64,000 bases of DNA from Oscillospiraceae bacterium (GCA_009778065.1 WRKM01000005.1:26267-90266), one strand, 5' to 3'; shown: positions 30,735 through 40,747, counted from the stretch's first letter. A program made the numbers and translations. The notes: generated by a model not told the origin, from the letters alone.

Positions 30735-30743
30735 GAGAAGAAT

Positions 30744-31289
30744 ATGATTTATACTTTTTTAGCCGAAGGGTTTGAAGAAATTGAAGCCTTAACCCCCGTT
30801 GATTTACTCAGAAGAAAAGGGAAAGAGGTAATAACTGTCGGCGTCGGCGGAAAAAACATGACAGGTAGGAGCGGTATAACGGTTATCGCCGATACTGTTA
30901 TTGATGAAATTGTATTAAACGATGAAGTAGAAATGATTTTTCTGCCGGGCGGAATGCCGGGTACGGAGAATCTCTATTCCTCCGTTAAGGTCAGAGAGGC
31001 TGTTTCTTATTGTTTTAATCATAATATTTTTATAGCCGCTATTTGTGCCGCACCTTCAATTTTGGGACGTATGGGGCTTCTCAAAAATAATGTAAAAGCG
31101 ACCTGCTACCCCGGCTTTGAAAAATTTCTTGAGGGTGCGAGTATCAGCAGTGACTCTGTAGTCAGAGACGGTAAAATTATTACCGCAAAAGGTGCAGGAG
31201 TTTCTGTAAAATTCGCATTAGAGCTCGTGCGGGCACTTTGCGGTGATAAAGAAGCAGAAAGCCTCGGCAATAGTATAATATATGAATAA
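30744..31289 (+). CDS. DJ-1/PfpI (YajL/ThiJ-like) protein
   Basis: GFEEIEA, LPGGMPG, AAICAAP. Confidence 0.92.
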   Translation: MIYTFLAEGFEEIEALTPVDLLRRKGKEVITVGVGGKNMTGRSGITVIADTVIDEIVLNDEVEMIFLPGGMPGTENLYSSVKVREAVSYCFNHNIFIAAICAAPSILGRMGLLKNNVKATCYPGFEKFLEGASISSDSVVRDGKIITAKGAGVSVKFALELVRALCGDKEAESLGNSIIYE

Positions 31290-31836
31290 AACCGAACTGC
31301 GTAAAAAAATCTTGCAAAAACGTGAGACATGCCCCGAAAAAGAACGATTGATTTTAAAAAACCTGCTGTCCATGAAAGAGTTCGAGGAAGCGGAATTAAT
31401 ACTGACATATGTTTCTGCCGCAGGCGAAATTGATACGCGAGAACTGATAAATAGGTGTTTTGAATACGGAAAAAGGGTCGCAATACCAAAAATCACAGAT
31501 TCACAGACAGTTCGTTCTATGGCGTTTTTCGAGATAGAATCGTTACATGGACTCGCACGAGGCAAATTTGGTATTTTAGAGCCTGATATTTCTTATACAG
31601 AAGCGCAAATTAATAAAAACGCCCCTTTCACCTTTTGCGTAACACCGGCGTTAGCATATAACACGAGTGGTTTTCGCTTAGGACGCGGCGGCGGATTTTA
31701 TGACCGATTTTTAGCTGATTATAACGGGACGAGTGCGGGCTTGTGCTATGAGGAGAATATTAAAGATTTTCCTGTCGAGGCGCATGATGTTCCCGTGAAT
31801 TTCATCATTACGGAAGGAGGGGTTATTGTTGTTTGA
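31282..31836 (+). CDS. 5-formyltetrahydrofolate cyclo-ligase
   Basis: GKFGILEP, RLGRGGGFYDRFL. Confidence 0.93.
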   Translation: MNKTELRKKILQKRETCPEKERLILKNLLSMKEFEEAELILTYVSAAGEIDTRELINRCFEYGKRVAIPKITDSQTVRSMAFFEIESLHGLARGKFGILEPDISYTEAQINKNAPFTFCVTPALAYNTSGFRLGRGGGFYDRFLADYNGTSAGLCYEENIKDFPVEAHDVPVNFIITEGGVIVV

Positions 31837-33283
31837 GGACAAAACAGGTGTTTTTACGTTAAACGAAGCCGATAAAGAAGATAGAAGCGAAGAAAATACC
31901 CTCGCTTCCATATTCTCGAAAAAAAACGGTGTTGTCCCGACGGGGCTGTCCATGGCGCATGAAAAGACTGCTGTCATGGATAGGATTCAGGCTCCGAAGC
32001 CGTCTCCCCCCCGAGTAGCGATGCCCGTACCGGAAGAGGAAGAAGATGACGGGCAACCATACTATGTAGAAAACACCGCTTTTAAAAAGGCTGTAAAAAA
32101 ACGTAAGAAAGTGCATCTGCGTGAGCAGAAAATCAGGCAGATGAAAGCACAGCAGAGCAGAAAGACCTTCGCGTATGTTTTTGGCGGAATAGTGCTTGTG
32201 ATTTTTATTATTACCGTGTCTTCGTATTTATCTTACTATATAGTGCATTATTCGCTTGACTTTACGGGCATTACGAGAAACGAGTTCGGAATAGACTTAG
32301 AAATACCGCCTGACTCTACCACGGAACAAATTGCGGAAATTCTCTATCTGAGCGGAATTATAAACCGTCCTGAGTTTTTTGTGTTGTATTCCCAGTTGTC
32401 GGGATATGACGGAAAATATAACGACGGACTCTTTCACCTCGAATCCTCAATGTCCTACGGTACAATCGTCAGAACGCTTCAAAATACGACCGCACCGAGA
32501 GAAACGGTGTGGGTGACAATACCCGAAGGCTTGACGGCGGAGCAGGTTGGGCTTCTGCTTGAGGAAAACTATGTCTGCCTTGCCTCGGATTTTGAAAAGT
32601 TTTACAGGGAGAAACAGAACGTTTTCAGTTTTGAACTCCGCATATTTGAGAGCAATAATAAGTTTTATCAGCTTGAGGGTTATCTTTTTCCTGATACTTA
32701 TGAATTTTTTGTGGTTGAGGCTTTGCGTGACGGCGAGGACATAGATTCTCTGCGCGAGGCAGAAAGACAGGCTCTTGAGAATTATGCGAAAACTGCCGCA
32801 TATAAGATGTTCGACAACTTCAATTCGATGATTACACGCGAAATGTATAAAACAATGCACGAGCAAGGATTGAGTCTTGACGAAGTGATAACGCTGGCTT
32901 CTATGGTTCAGGCGGAGGCGGCGTATATTGAGGATATGCGGTTGGTAGCGTCGGTATTTAAAAACAGAATGAATAACAGTGAGAATTTTCCGTATTTACA
33001 GTCAGACCCGACAAGTTATTATGTCAGAGATTCTATCAGACCGCACGTACCGTCTCGAGAGGTCATATTGTATCAAGCTTATGATACCTATGAGTCGCCC
33101 GGACTGCCGCCCGGTCCGATAAACAACCCCGGAATCTATGCGATTACGGCGGTTTTGGAGGCATCCGCCGATAGCAGATATTTTTATTTTAATGCTAATA
33201 TCGAAACAGGCGAAGTATTCTTTGCCGCTACTTTAGCCGAGCATGAAGCAAATCTTGCGCGCGTAGAGGCGCAGGTGGGATGA
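31826..33283 (+). CDS. mltG: Endolytic transglycosylase MltG
   Basis: VTIPEG, LEGYLFPDTYEF, LASMVQAEA, GLPPGPINNPG. Confidence 0.92.
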   Translation: MLFEDKTGVFTLNEADKEDRSEENTLASIFSKKNGVVPTGLSMAHEKTAVMDRIQAPKPSPPRVAMPVPEEEEDDGQPYYVENTAFKKAVKKRKKVHLREQKIRQMKAQQSRKTFAYVFGGIVLVIFIITVSSYLSYYIVHYSLDFTGITRNEFGIDLEIPPDSTTEQIAEILYLSGIINRPEFFVLYSQLSGYDGKYNDGLFHLESSMSYGTIVRTLQNTTAPRETVWVTIPEGLTAEQVGLLLEENYVCLASDFEKFYREKQNVFSFELRIFESNNKFYQLEGYLFPDTYEFFVVEALRDGEDIDSLREAERQALENYAKTAAYKMFDNFNSMITREMYKTMHEQGLSLDEVITLASMVQAEAAYIEDMRLVASVFKNRMNNSENFPYLQSDPTSYYVRDSIRPHVPSREVILYQAYDTYESPGLPPGPINNPGIYAITAVLEASADSRYFYFNANIETGEVFFAATLAEHEANLARVEAQVG

Positions 33284-33308
33284 CTTTTGAGTAAAGTGAG
33301 TATAAAAA

Positions 33309-34541
33309 GTGAGCAAAGAAAACCTAAAAAATAAAACAAGCTTAGAACTGCTTTCCCCGGCGGGAAGCCCTGAAAGCTTGAAAATGGCTGTTCTTTACGG
33401 TGCTGATGCCGTCTATCTCGGCATGAAAACATTCGGGATGAGAGCGACTCCCGAAAATTTTGACTTTGATGAATTATGCGAAGCTGTTAAATTTGCACAC
33501 GCACATAATGTCAAGGTTTATCTAACGTGTAATATAATACCCACAAACGCAGAAGCCGATGAATTTCCCGAATTTATAAAACGCGCCGAAAAAACGGGTA
33601 TAGATGCGGTTATTGTTTCGGATTTGGGAATACTTGAAGCCGTGAAACAAAACGCGCCTTCTCTTGACCTGCATATATCGACACAAGCAGGCGTCAATAA
33701 TTATGCCGCCGCAAACGCTTTTTATAAACTTGGGGCTAATCGCGTTATTTTAGCACGGGAAACGCCGCTTAAAGAAATCGCCCGTATTCGCGAAAACACA
33801 CCGCCGGAGCTTGAACTTGAAGCCTTCGTACATGGTGCGATGTGTGTATCGTTTTCGGGGCGGTGTTTGCTGTCGCAATATCTCATAGCCAGGGATGCAA
33901 ACCGAGGCGAGTGCGCCCAGCCATGCCGCTGGGGTTATTATCTTTCGGAAGAAAAGCGAGAGGGGCAGTATTTTAAAATCGAAGAGGAAGAGCGAGGTTC
34001 TTTTATACTTAACGCAAAAGATTTATGTATGATTAGGCATTTAGAGAAAATAAAAGACGCAGGGGTCAGCTCGTTTAAAATCGAGGGTAGGGCAAAATCG
34101 GCGTATTACACTGCGATTATCACGAACGCTTACCGCGCCGCACTTGACGCACTTAAAAAGGGGGAACCCGTTCCGGAATGGGCGGTCAGAGAAGTTGGCA
34201 CCGTAAGTCACAGAGAGTACTGCACGGGGTTTTATTTAGATAAAACCGACGCTGTTCAGCTTTATGAAGACGGCGGTTATGTAAGGGAATATGATTTTAT
34301 AGGGGTGGTAAACGCCTGTAATGACGGCGTTGCGGATATTACGCAGAGAAATTATTTTGAGAAAGACGACGAGATTGAAGTAATCGCGCCGAAATCTCCG
34401 CCGCAAAAGCTGATAATAAAATCTATGAGAAACGAAAAAAACGAGCCTGTCAAAATCGCGAACAAGGCGACTGAAAGGCTGTTTGCAGATGTGGATATTG
34501 AATTAAAACCATATTCGGTTTTAAGAAAAAAGTTGCTATAA
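33309..34541 (+). CDS. U32-family protein (TrhP/YegQ-like tRNA hydroxylation)
   Basis: ELLSPAG, GADAVYLG, HGAMCVSFSGRC, RGECAQPCR, KIEGR. Confidence 0.92.
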   Translation: MSKENLKNKTSLELLSPAGSPESLKMAVLYGADAVYLGMKTFGMRATPENFDFDELCEAVKFAHAHNVKVYLTCNIIPTNAEADEFPEFIKRAEKTGIDAVIVSDLGILEAVKQNAPSLDLHISTQAGVNNYAAANAFYKLGANRVILARETPLKEIARIRENTPPELELEAFVHGAMCVSFSGRCLLSQYLIARDANRGECAQPCRWGYYLSEEKREGQYFKIEEEERGSFILNAKDLCMIRHLEKIKDAGVSSFKIEGRAKSAYYTAIITNAYRAALDALKKGEPVPEWAVREVGTVSHREYCTGFYLDKTDAVQLYEDGGYVREYDFIGVVNACNDGVADITQRNYFEKDDEIEVIAPKSPPQKLIIKSMRNEKNEPVKIANKATERLFADVDIELKPYSVLRKKLL

Positions 34542-35081
34542 CCTATTCATATCAGAAATAAACATAGTCATGATTTTTCTTATTATATCAAGCGGTCTTT
34601 CTAAAAACCTGCGTTGAATATCGAGTGCGCCTTCTTCGGAGGGCGCGTATAAATTTATTTCCATTATATCGGGACCGCCGAATTCGTTTAAAAACCGTAT
34701 ATTAAAATTATAACCTTTCTCACGTTTTTGAACCTTCCAGCTTACGGTTTTTTTAAGCTCTATTTCTGCGAGAATTCGCTTACCCTCGCGAAGGGAGGTC
34801 TCGCGTATTTCAGGAGGAACGGAGCCGGCTTCTGCGGCAATAGTGCGTCCTTCGCTGTTGATTTCAAAAAAGCGTTCGTCCTTTCTCGCGACAAAGCTTG
34901 CGAGTTTTTTATTCTCTAAAATCCCGAACGCCTCCGTCATATCGAAATGGTTTACCGTTTCGTTCAGCGTTAATATCTTTGTGAGTTGATATTCGGTTAA
35001 AGGTCCGAGTTCATTTAATAAATAGCAGATTAAAACTGTTATTTTAAAAGAATCGGTCAGCGTTATTTTATTAGAAGCCAT
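34536..35081 (-). CDS. DUF4364-family protein
   Basis: Winged-helix-like N-terminus; C-terminal MEINLYAPSEE segment typical of the family. Confidence 0.65.
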   Translation of the reverse strand: MASNKITLTDSFKITVLICYLLNELGPLTEYQLTKILTLNETVNHFDMTEAFGILENKKLASFVARKDERFFEINSEGRTIAAEAGSVPPEIRETSLREGKRILAEIELKKTVSWKVQKREKGYNFNIRFLNEFGGPDIMEINLYAPSEEGALDIQRRFLERPLDIIRKIMTMFISDMNRL

Positions 35082-36613
35082 TATTTCTTCACCTCTCTCA
35101 TCGTTTTGTTCTTAAGGAAAATAAATAACTTAGGGGATAATCTTTTTATAAATCTTTTTGTCTTGATAAATACATCTTCCTTTAATTTTGCTGTTTTATA
35201 GAGGAATTTTCGCGGATAGTTTTTCGCGGTTATTTTCTTATCGAGTGCGGCTTCTTTTTTTGCCGCTTTTTCAGGTGGCAGTGCGTATATGGCGCGATAT
35301 TTTTTCACAAGTTTATTAAAATTAAACGCCATATATAAAATATCATACTTAGGATATTCGGGCATTCTCAGCTGAACAGGGTCGCTCGGTTCAACACCGG
35401 GGACGATAAACCCTGCGTCACGCGCCGTTTTTTCTAAAATAGTCATCGGATACGGATAGAATATGTTAGGAATGACCTTATCCACCGAGAGGCGTGCGTT
35501 AAGCTTAACGGTTTCGAGTGAAAGCGCTAAGGTTTCATGAGGGAGACCGACTATATTATAAGTAAGGGTGGTCATTTTATATTTTTTAAACCACTCGGCG
35601 ACCTTTATCATATGTTCGTTTTTCATGGCACGATGAAGATATTTTTTCCTAAATTCTTCGTTACCGCTCTCAAGTCCGATGTCAATCATGTAGCAACCGC
35701 CGTCTTTGAGCATTTTCACCATTTCTTCGTCAAGGATGTCAAAGCGCAGGTTACAGTTAAAAGGCAGACGGATTTTTTCAATATAAAGCGGCATAAATTC
35801 GTAGAACCAGTCCTTGTACATATTAAAAATAGCGTCACGAAACTCGATGTATTTTATGAAAGGATATTTTCGGAGTAAAAGCTCTAAAAGCTCAATAGCT
35901 TTTTCGGGACTGCGAAAACGGCAATATTTTTCCTTGTTGGGATAAATGTTGCGAAATTGCGAATTTCCGCAATAGGTGCAGGAAAAAATACACCCGCGCG
36001 AAAGCATAACCATAGCGGTAAAATTTTTTGAGCGGTCTAAGTTTGTAAAATCGAAAAGCTCAAAATCGGGGAAAGGTAACGAGTCCAAGTCTTCTATTAA
36101 AGGTGCGACGGGGTTGGTTATGACACTGCCGTCCATATTCCAATAGGTACTCTCAATACCGGTAAGCGGAGTGTTATCCCGCAAACCGTTCATAATATTA
36201 AGAATCGGAAATTCACCCTCGCCAACGATAACAACGTCAATCCCGCGTATTTTTATACATTCATCAGGCACGAGAATAGCGTGATACCCGCCGATTGCCA
36301 CTATAGTTTTCGGAAGTCCCGAAGCCGCCAACTCATCGTCAAGCCAACCCGCCATTTCCTCAATAAAAGGAATAGCGGTAGTTCTGGCGGAAAAACCGAT
36401 TACGTCTGCGCTGTGTTCTTTAATTTTAGAGACGAATTCATTTTTGTCGGGCATATAGAGCATATGATAAAGACGTACATCGTAGCCGGCTTGTTTAACT
36501 ACTGCGGAAATAGATGCTAAACCCTCGCTGTAATTTCCGAATTTGTTTTTGTTATGCTTATCCTCTTCAAGAAAGTCAGGGTAGACTAATAATAGTGTCA
36601 GGGGTTTTTCCAT
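35081..36613 (-). CDS. B12-binding domain radical SAM protein
   Basis: N-terminal B12-binding fold (GGYHA, VGEGE) and SRGCIFSCTYC (CxxxCxxC); start ATG 36613. Confidence 0.9.
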   Translation of the reverse strand: MEKPLTLLLVYPDFLEEDKHNKNKFGNYSEGLASISAVVKQAGYDVRLYHMLYMPDKNEFVSKIKEHSADVIGFSARTTAIPFIEEMAGWLDDELAASGLPKTIVAIGGYHAILVPDECIKIRGIDVVIVGEGEFPILNIMNGLRDNTPLTGIESTYWNMDGSVITNPVAPLIEDLDSLPFPDFELFDFTNLDRSKNFTAMVMLSRGCIFSCTYCGNSQFRNIYPNKEKYCRFRSPEKAIELLELLLRKYPFIKYIEFRDAIFNMYKDWFYEFMPLYIEKIRLPFNCNLRFDILDEEMVKMLKDGGCYMIDIGLESGNEEFRKKYLHRAMKNEHMIKVAEWFKKYKMTTLTYNIVGLPHETLALSLETVKLNARLSVDKVIPNIFYPYPMTILEKTARDAGFIVPGVEPSDPVQLRMPEYPKYDILYMAFNFNKLVKKYRAIYALPPEKAAKKEAALDKKITAKNYPRKFLYKTAKLKEDVFIKTKRFIKRLSPKLFIFLKNKTMREVKK

Positions 36614-36659
36614 TTTTAACAAGTCCTTCTTACTTTTTTATAATTATACCGCTGATTTA

Positions 36660-36688
36660 ATTATACAATATTAATTATCATAAGTCAA
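36660..36688 (-). promoter_or_regulatory. sigma70 promoter of radical SAM gene
   Basis: Minus strand TTGACT, 17 bp, TATAAT. Confidence 0.8.
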
Positions 36689-36723
36689 GGAAGAATATGG
36701 TAAAATCGTTTGCAAAATCGTTT

Positions 36724-36752
36724 GCATACAGTAAAATACCCTCGCATATAAT
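36724..36752 (+). promoter_or_regulatory. sigmaE-type sporulation promoter of yaaL-bofA
   Basis: GCATACA, 14 bp, CATATAAT; matches the Bacillus sigmaE consensus, and bofA is sigmaE-controlled in B. subtilis. Confidence 0.65.
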
Positions 36753-36803
36753 TAAAGGACAACCCCGTATACGGGAGAAATACAAAACAGGACGGCGTGA
36801 ATT

Positions 36804-37076
36804 ATGTCGAAAAAAAGTACGATAAGTAACTCAAAAAAAGAGGATAATTCAGAGAGGGAGAGTCTGCGTTCAGAAATTTACATATTAAATGAGAGAATAA
36901 AGATTCAAGAGTTGGAGTTCAACTTAGTCGAGGACGAAGACCTTATTGATGCCCTGATTTATGAACAGATGGCTTTACAGTCGCGGTTTGCTTGCCTTAT
37001 GAAACGGGCGCGTGAGTTAAAGCTTGAGGTCAGTCCTTTTGACCGCTTTGTAACCGAAACGGACGGGAAGCTATGA
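36804..37076 (+). CDS. yaaL: YaaL/DUF2508-family protein
   Basis: FNLVEDEDLIDALIYE..AL..R...L.KRARE; immediately before bofA. Confidence 0.8.
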   Translation: MSKKSTISNSKKEDNSERESLRSEIYILNERIKIQELEFNLVEDEDLIDALIYEQMALQSRFACLMKRARELKLEVSPFDRFVTETDGKL

Positions 37077-37112
37077 TTTTGCGCCTCACGAGTATAAATA
37101 AGGGGGACAGGT

Positions 37113-37367
37113 ATGCTTGATACGATTTTTCTGCTTTTCGGTGTTGTTTTACTGCTCAATTTTATTAAGGTGCTGATAAAAAGCCGCTCACCGCTCAAAA
37201 AAGCCGCTTTTTCGATGATGGCGGGCGTCGGAACTCTCGCCGCCGCAAGCCTGCTCGCGGGGCTTTTAGAACTGCAACTCTCCGTAAACACCTATACGGT
37301 TTTTGTCGCACTCGTTTTAGGCACACCGGGCGTCATCTTAGTTTTATTAAAAATGTTTTTTATATAA
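37113..37367 (+). CDS. bofA: Pro-sigmaK processing inhibitor BofA family
   Basis: Small hydrophobic protein with SVNTYT...LG.PGV. Confidence 0.85.
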   Translation: MLDTIFLLFGVVLLLNFIKVLIKSRSPLKKAAFSMMAGVGTLAAASLLAGLLELQLSVNTYTVFVALVLGTPGVILVLLKMFFI

Positions 37368-37388
37368 ATATCATTATTTGTGTATGTT

Positions 37389-37411
37389 TGCCGCTCAAAG
37401 AGCGGCATTTT
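37389..37411 (+). terminator. Terminator after bofA
   Basis: TGCCGCTC-AAA-GAGCGGCA then TTTT. Confidence 0.75.
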
Positions 37412-37444
37412 TGCAATAAAAAACGAAAACGAAGATTTTTCCGC

Positions 37445-37473
37445 TTGAAAAAAATAAAAATATATGATATAAT
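37445..37473 (+). promoter_or_regulatory. sigma70 promoter of DRTGG/hydrogenase module
   Basis: TTGAAA, 17 bp, TGn-TATAAT. Confidence 0.8.
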
Positions 37474-37532
37474 TTAAAAACAGGCTGTTAAACTAAAAAA
37501 ACAAACTTAACAAGAGAAAGGTGAATCTACTT

Positions 37533-37940
37533 ATGACAATCGGTGATATTAAAAAGCTTCTTGAATGTGAAGTCCTCTGTTGCGACGACAGACTCGAAAG
37601 CGAGGTGCATACTGCTTGCGGCTCGGATATGATGAGCGATGTGCTTGCCTTTGTAAAAGACCAGGCGGTACTGCTTACGGGGCTTTTAAATCCCCAGGTG
37701 GTCAGGACTGCGGAGATGATGGATATTATATGTATCGTATTCGTAAGGGGGAAAAAGCCCGATGATGCGGTGGTCAGTCTTGCCGCACAGAAAAATATAG
37801 CCATCCTATCTACTGCGAACCGTATGTTTGAGGCGTGCGGTGTTCTGTACGAAAGCGGTCTGCGCGGAGGCATTTCCTCAGGCGGGGTCGGTTGTTCTGC
37901 GGGGGGGTGCTTAGATGAGTGCGCTTACATTGCATTATGA
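37533..37940 (+). CDS. DRTGG domain protein
   Basis: ACGSDMMSDVL, LLTGLLN.QVVRTAEM; ATG 37533 after GAAAGGTG. Confidence 0.88.
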   Translation: MTIGDIKKLLECEVLCCDDRLESEVHTACGSDMMSDVLAFVKDQAVLLTGLLNPQVVRTAEMMDIICIVFVRGKKPDDAVVSLAAQKNIAILSTANRMFEACGVLYESGLRGGISSGGVGCSAGGCLDECAYIAL

Positions 37941-38340
37941 CGTACCCGGTGATGATTTCACAAGAGCGGGTGAGGCAAGCTCGGATATAAAAAACAAGCT
38001 CAAACAAATGGGTATTTCACCCGATGTAATACGGAATGTCGCGATAGCGACATACGAAGGTGAGATAAACATGGTAATCCACGCAAACGGCGGTACAATA
38101 GATGCGGCTATCGATGCGGAATCAATCACCTTGACGATTAAAGACACAGGCGGCGGTATTCCCGATGTCGAACTTGCGATGCAGGAGGGGTATACCACGG
38201 CGCAGGAGCATATACGCGCACTCGGCTTCGGAGCGGGTATGGGACTCCCGAATATGAAAAAATACACCGATGAATTTAATATTACTTCAGAGGTTGGCAA
38301 AGGCACTGAGGTTATAATGAAGGTATATCTCAGCAAATAA
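37915..38340 (+). CDS. Anti-sigma-factor-like Ser/Thr kinase (HATPase_c)
   Basis: EGEINMVIHA, D.GGGIPD, GFGAGMGL, G.GT. Confidence 0.9.
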   Translation: MSALTLHYDVPGDDFTRAGEASSDIKNKLKQMGISPDVIRNVAIATYEGEINMVIHANGGTIDAAIDAESITLTIKDTGGGIPDVELAMQEGYTTAQEHIRALGFGAGMGLPNMKKYTDEFNITSEVGKGTEVIMKVYLSK

Positions 38341-38361
38341 TAAATAACAAATTGAGAAGAG

Positions 38362-39684
38362 ATGATTAATTTGCTTAAACAAACTGAAAAATACGATAGT
38401 TTTTTTCATTCGATACGTCTTGACAGGGAACTGTGCAGGGGATGTATAAACTGCCTTAAACGCTGTCCCACAGAGGCTATTCGCGTCAGAAAAGGAAAAT
38501 CGAGGATAAAAAAGGAGTACTGTATTGATTGCGCCGCCTGTATTCGTGTTTGCCCGCATCATGCGAAAAAAGCGACGTTTGATTTACTCGACTCTATGGC
38601 GGATTATGAGTATAAAATTGCATTACCGCCGCCGGAGTTATACGCGCAGTTTAATAACCTCGAAGAAAAGTCCTTGGTTTTAAACGCGCTTCTTTCCTTT
38701 GGCTTTGACGACGTTTATGAAGTAGCCGCGGCGGCGGAATTAGTGTCGGAAATCACCCGAAAGCTGTTAAAAGATGAGAAAACTCGGCTTCCGGTGATTA
38801 CATCGGCATGTCCGTCCGTTATGCGGCTGATACGTGTAAAATTCCCTAACTTAGTAGAGAATATATCGCCCGTAGTTTCGCCCGGTGAAATGGCGGCAAA
38901 TGCCGCAGTAAGACGCGCCATGCTCAGAACACGGCTTCCGCGAGAGAAAATCGGCGTATTTTTAATCTCCCCATGCCCCGCAAAGGTGACGGATGTTTAC
39001 GCCCCGCTCGGCGTTAAAAAATCACAGATTGATAAGGCGGTCGCACTTAGTGATATATATCCTAAGCTATTACCGCTGATGAAGGAAATCGCCGCTTCAG
39101 GACGCGATAATGAACTTCCCGAGGAAATAAATAAAGCGGGCAGAATAGGCGTAAGTTGGGGCGGACACGGCGGAGAAGCGGGCGGACTGCTCACAGATAA
39201 ATACTTGGCTGTTGACGGGATTGAAAATGTTATAAAAGCACTTGAGGACCTTGAGGATTCAAAGTTTAAAGACCTTGAGTTCATTGAGCTTAATGCCTGT
39301 AGCGGCGGTTGCGTGGGCGGGGTTCTCGCGGTCGAAAACCCGTATATGGCTAAGGTTAAGCTTAATATACTGCGTAAGTATCTGCCTGTTTCCGGTACTC
39401 GTATAGACGAGGCGGTTCCGTCATACGCTTATCACGATGAAAAAATAGAGTTTCAGCCGGTTTATCAGCTCGGTGAAACGCTCGCAGAGTCTATAGGTAT
39501 TATGAAAACAGTTGACGAGCTTATAAAAAAGTTTCCGGGGCTTGATTGCGGCTGTTGCGGCGCTCCGACCTGCCGCGCTCATGCGGAAGATGCGGCTCGC
39601 GGCTTGGCAAGCGAGAAAGACTGCATACACATTTTAAGAAAATACTTAAATAAATCGGGGGGACTGACAGAATATGAAAATTAA
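38362..39684 (+). CDS. [FeFe]-hydrogenase-like protein, putative sensory type (2x4Fe-4S, H-cluster domain, C-terminal FeS)
   Basis: Two CxxCxxCxxxCP motifs; H-cluster motifs TSACP, PCPAK, ELNACSGGCVGG; C-terminal DCGCCGAPTC. Confidence 0.88.
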   Translation: MINLLKQTEKYDSFFHSIRLDRELCRGCINCLKRCPTEAIRVRKGKSRIKKEYCIDCAACIRVCPHHAKKATFDLLDSMADYEYKIALPPPELYAQFNNLEEKSLVLNALLSFGFDDVYEVAAAAELVSEITRKLLKDEKTRLPVITSACPSVMRLIRVKFPNLVENISPVVSPGEMAANAAVRRAMLRTRLPREKIGVFLISPCPAKVTDVYAPLGVKKSQIDKAVALSDIYPKLLPLMKEIAASGRDNELPEEINKAGRIGVSWGGHGGEAGGLLTDKYLAVDGIENVIKALEDLEDSKFKDLEFIELNACSGGCVGGVLAVENPYMAKVKLNILRKYLPVSGTRIDEAVPSYAYHDEKIEFQPVYQLGETLAESIGIMKTVDELIKKFPGLDCGCCGAPTCRAHAEDAARGLASEKDCIHILRKYLNKSGGLTEYEN

Positions 39685-40003
39685 GGATTTAGTAAAGAGT
39701 ACGGGCTTTGAGGTTGTAAACGAGGGCGACTTCGACAGAGAGGTAAGCGGCGTTTATTGTTGCGACCTTTTAAGTTGGGTTATGGGACGCGCACCTGCTG
39801 ACAGCGCGTGGCTTACGGTTATGGGAAATATGAATGCCGTGGCTGTGTCGGTTTTAGCAGACATATCGGTTATAGTTTTTGCCGAAAACTCGGCGGTAGA
39901 CCCGACCGCTATTGCAAAAGCGGCAGAGCAGGGCGTTAGTCTGCTTAAAACAAATAAACCCGCTTTTGAGGCGGGATTGTTAATAAACGAGCTGTTGAGT
40001 TAA
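39674..40003 (+). CDS. DRTGG-like domain protein
   Basis: YCCDLLSWVMG, WLTVMGNMNAVAV. Confidence 0.85.
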   Translation: MKIKDLVKSTGFEVVNEGDFDREVSGVYCCDLLSWVMGRAPADSAWLTVMGNMNAVAVSVLADISVIVFAENSAVDPTAIAKAAEQGVSLLKTNKPAFEAGLLINELLS

Positions 40004-40006
40004 AAA

Positions 40007-40741
40007 ATGATTGAACTGAGTTATGATTTACATATTCACTCCTGCCTCTCTCCTTGCGGGAGTGATGAATCCACACCCTCTAATGTAGCGGGTTTAGCTT
40101 CGCTTCTTGAGTTAGATGCGGTAGCTCTGACAGACCATAATACCTGTAGGAACTGTCCCGCTTTCTTTAAAGCGGCAGAGATTGTTTCACAGACAGGTGA
40201 ACATGAGATTATCCCCATTGCGGGGATGGAACTGACGACAGAAGAAGAAATACACGTACTCTGTCTCTTCGCGGAACTTAAAGCCGCGATGGATTTTGAT
40301 GAGTACGTGTATTCGTTGCTGCTACCGATAAAAAATGATACAACCATTTATGGAAGACAGCTCATAATGAACGAATCGGATATAATAATCGGCGAGGTTG
40401 AAAACTGTCTTATAAACTCTGTTTCACTCGACTTATATTCCTTGTCGGGTGAGGTAAAGAGCAGGGGAGGGGTCATTATCCCCGCCCATATAGAACGAGC
40501 GGCTTTCAGCCTAATATCTTCCTTAGGGTTTGTCCCTGACGACTGCGGTTTTAATTGCGTTGAAATACGTTATAAAGAAGCAGTCGAGAATCTGAAAGAA
40601 AAGCATGAGTATCTGCGAGAATGTAAAATCATACATAACAGCGATGCACATTTTTTAGAAGAATTATCACTGCCCGAAAACAAACTCAGAGTAACAAAGA
40701 GGAGTGCGAAAGGGGTTTTAGACGCGCTTTCGGTCCTTTAA
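40007..40741 (+). CDS. PHP-domain phosphoesterase
   Basis: DLHIHSCLSPC, TDHN, PAHIER, SDAH. Confidence 0.9.
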   Translation: MIELSYDLHIHSCLSPCGSDESTPSNVAGLASLLELDAVALTDHNTCRNCPAFFKAAEIVSQTGEHEIIPIAGMELTTEEEIHVLCLFAELKAAMDFDEYVYSLLLPIKNDTTIYGRQLIMNESDIIIGEVENCLINSVSLDLYSLSGEVKSRGGVIIPAHIERAAFSLISSLGFVPDDCGFNCVEIRYKEAVENLKEKHEYLRECKIIHNSDAHFLEELSLPENKLRVTKRSAKGVLDALSVL

Positions 40742-40747
40742 ATTCAT

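Noticed and set aside
37486-37512. Rex half-sites before the hydrogenase module
   Set aside because: TGTTAA and TTAACAA are 14 bp apart, not 4.
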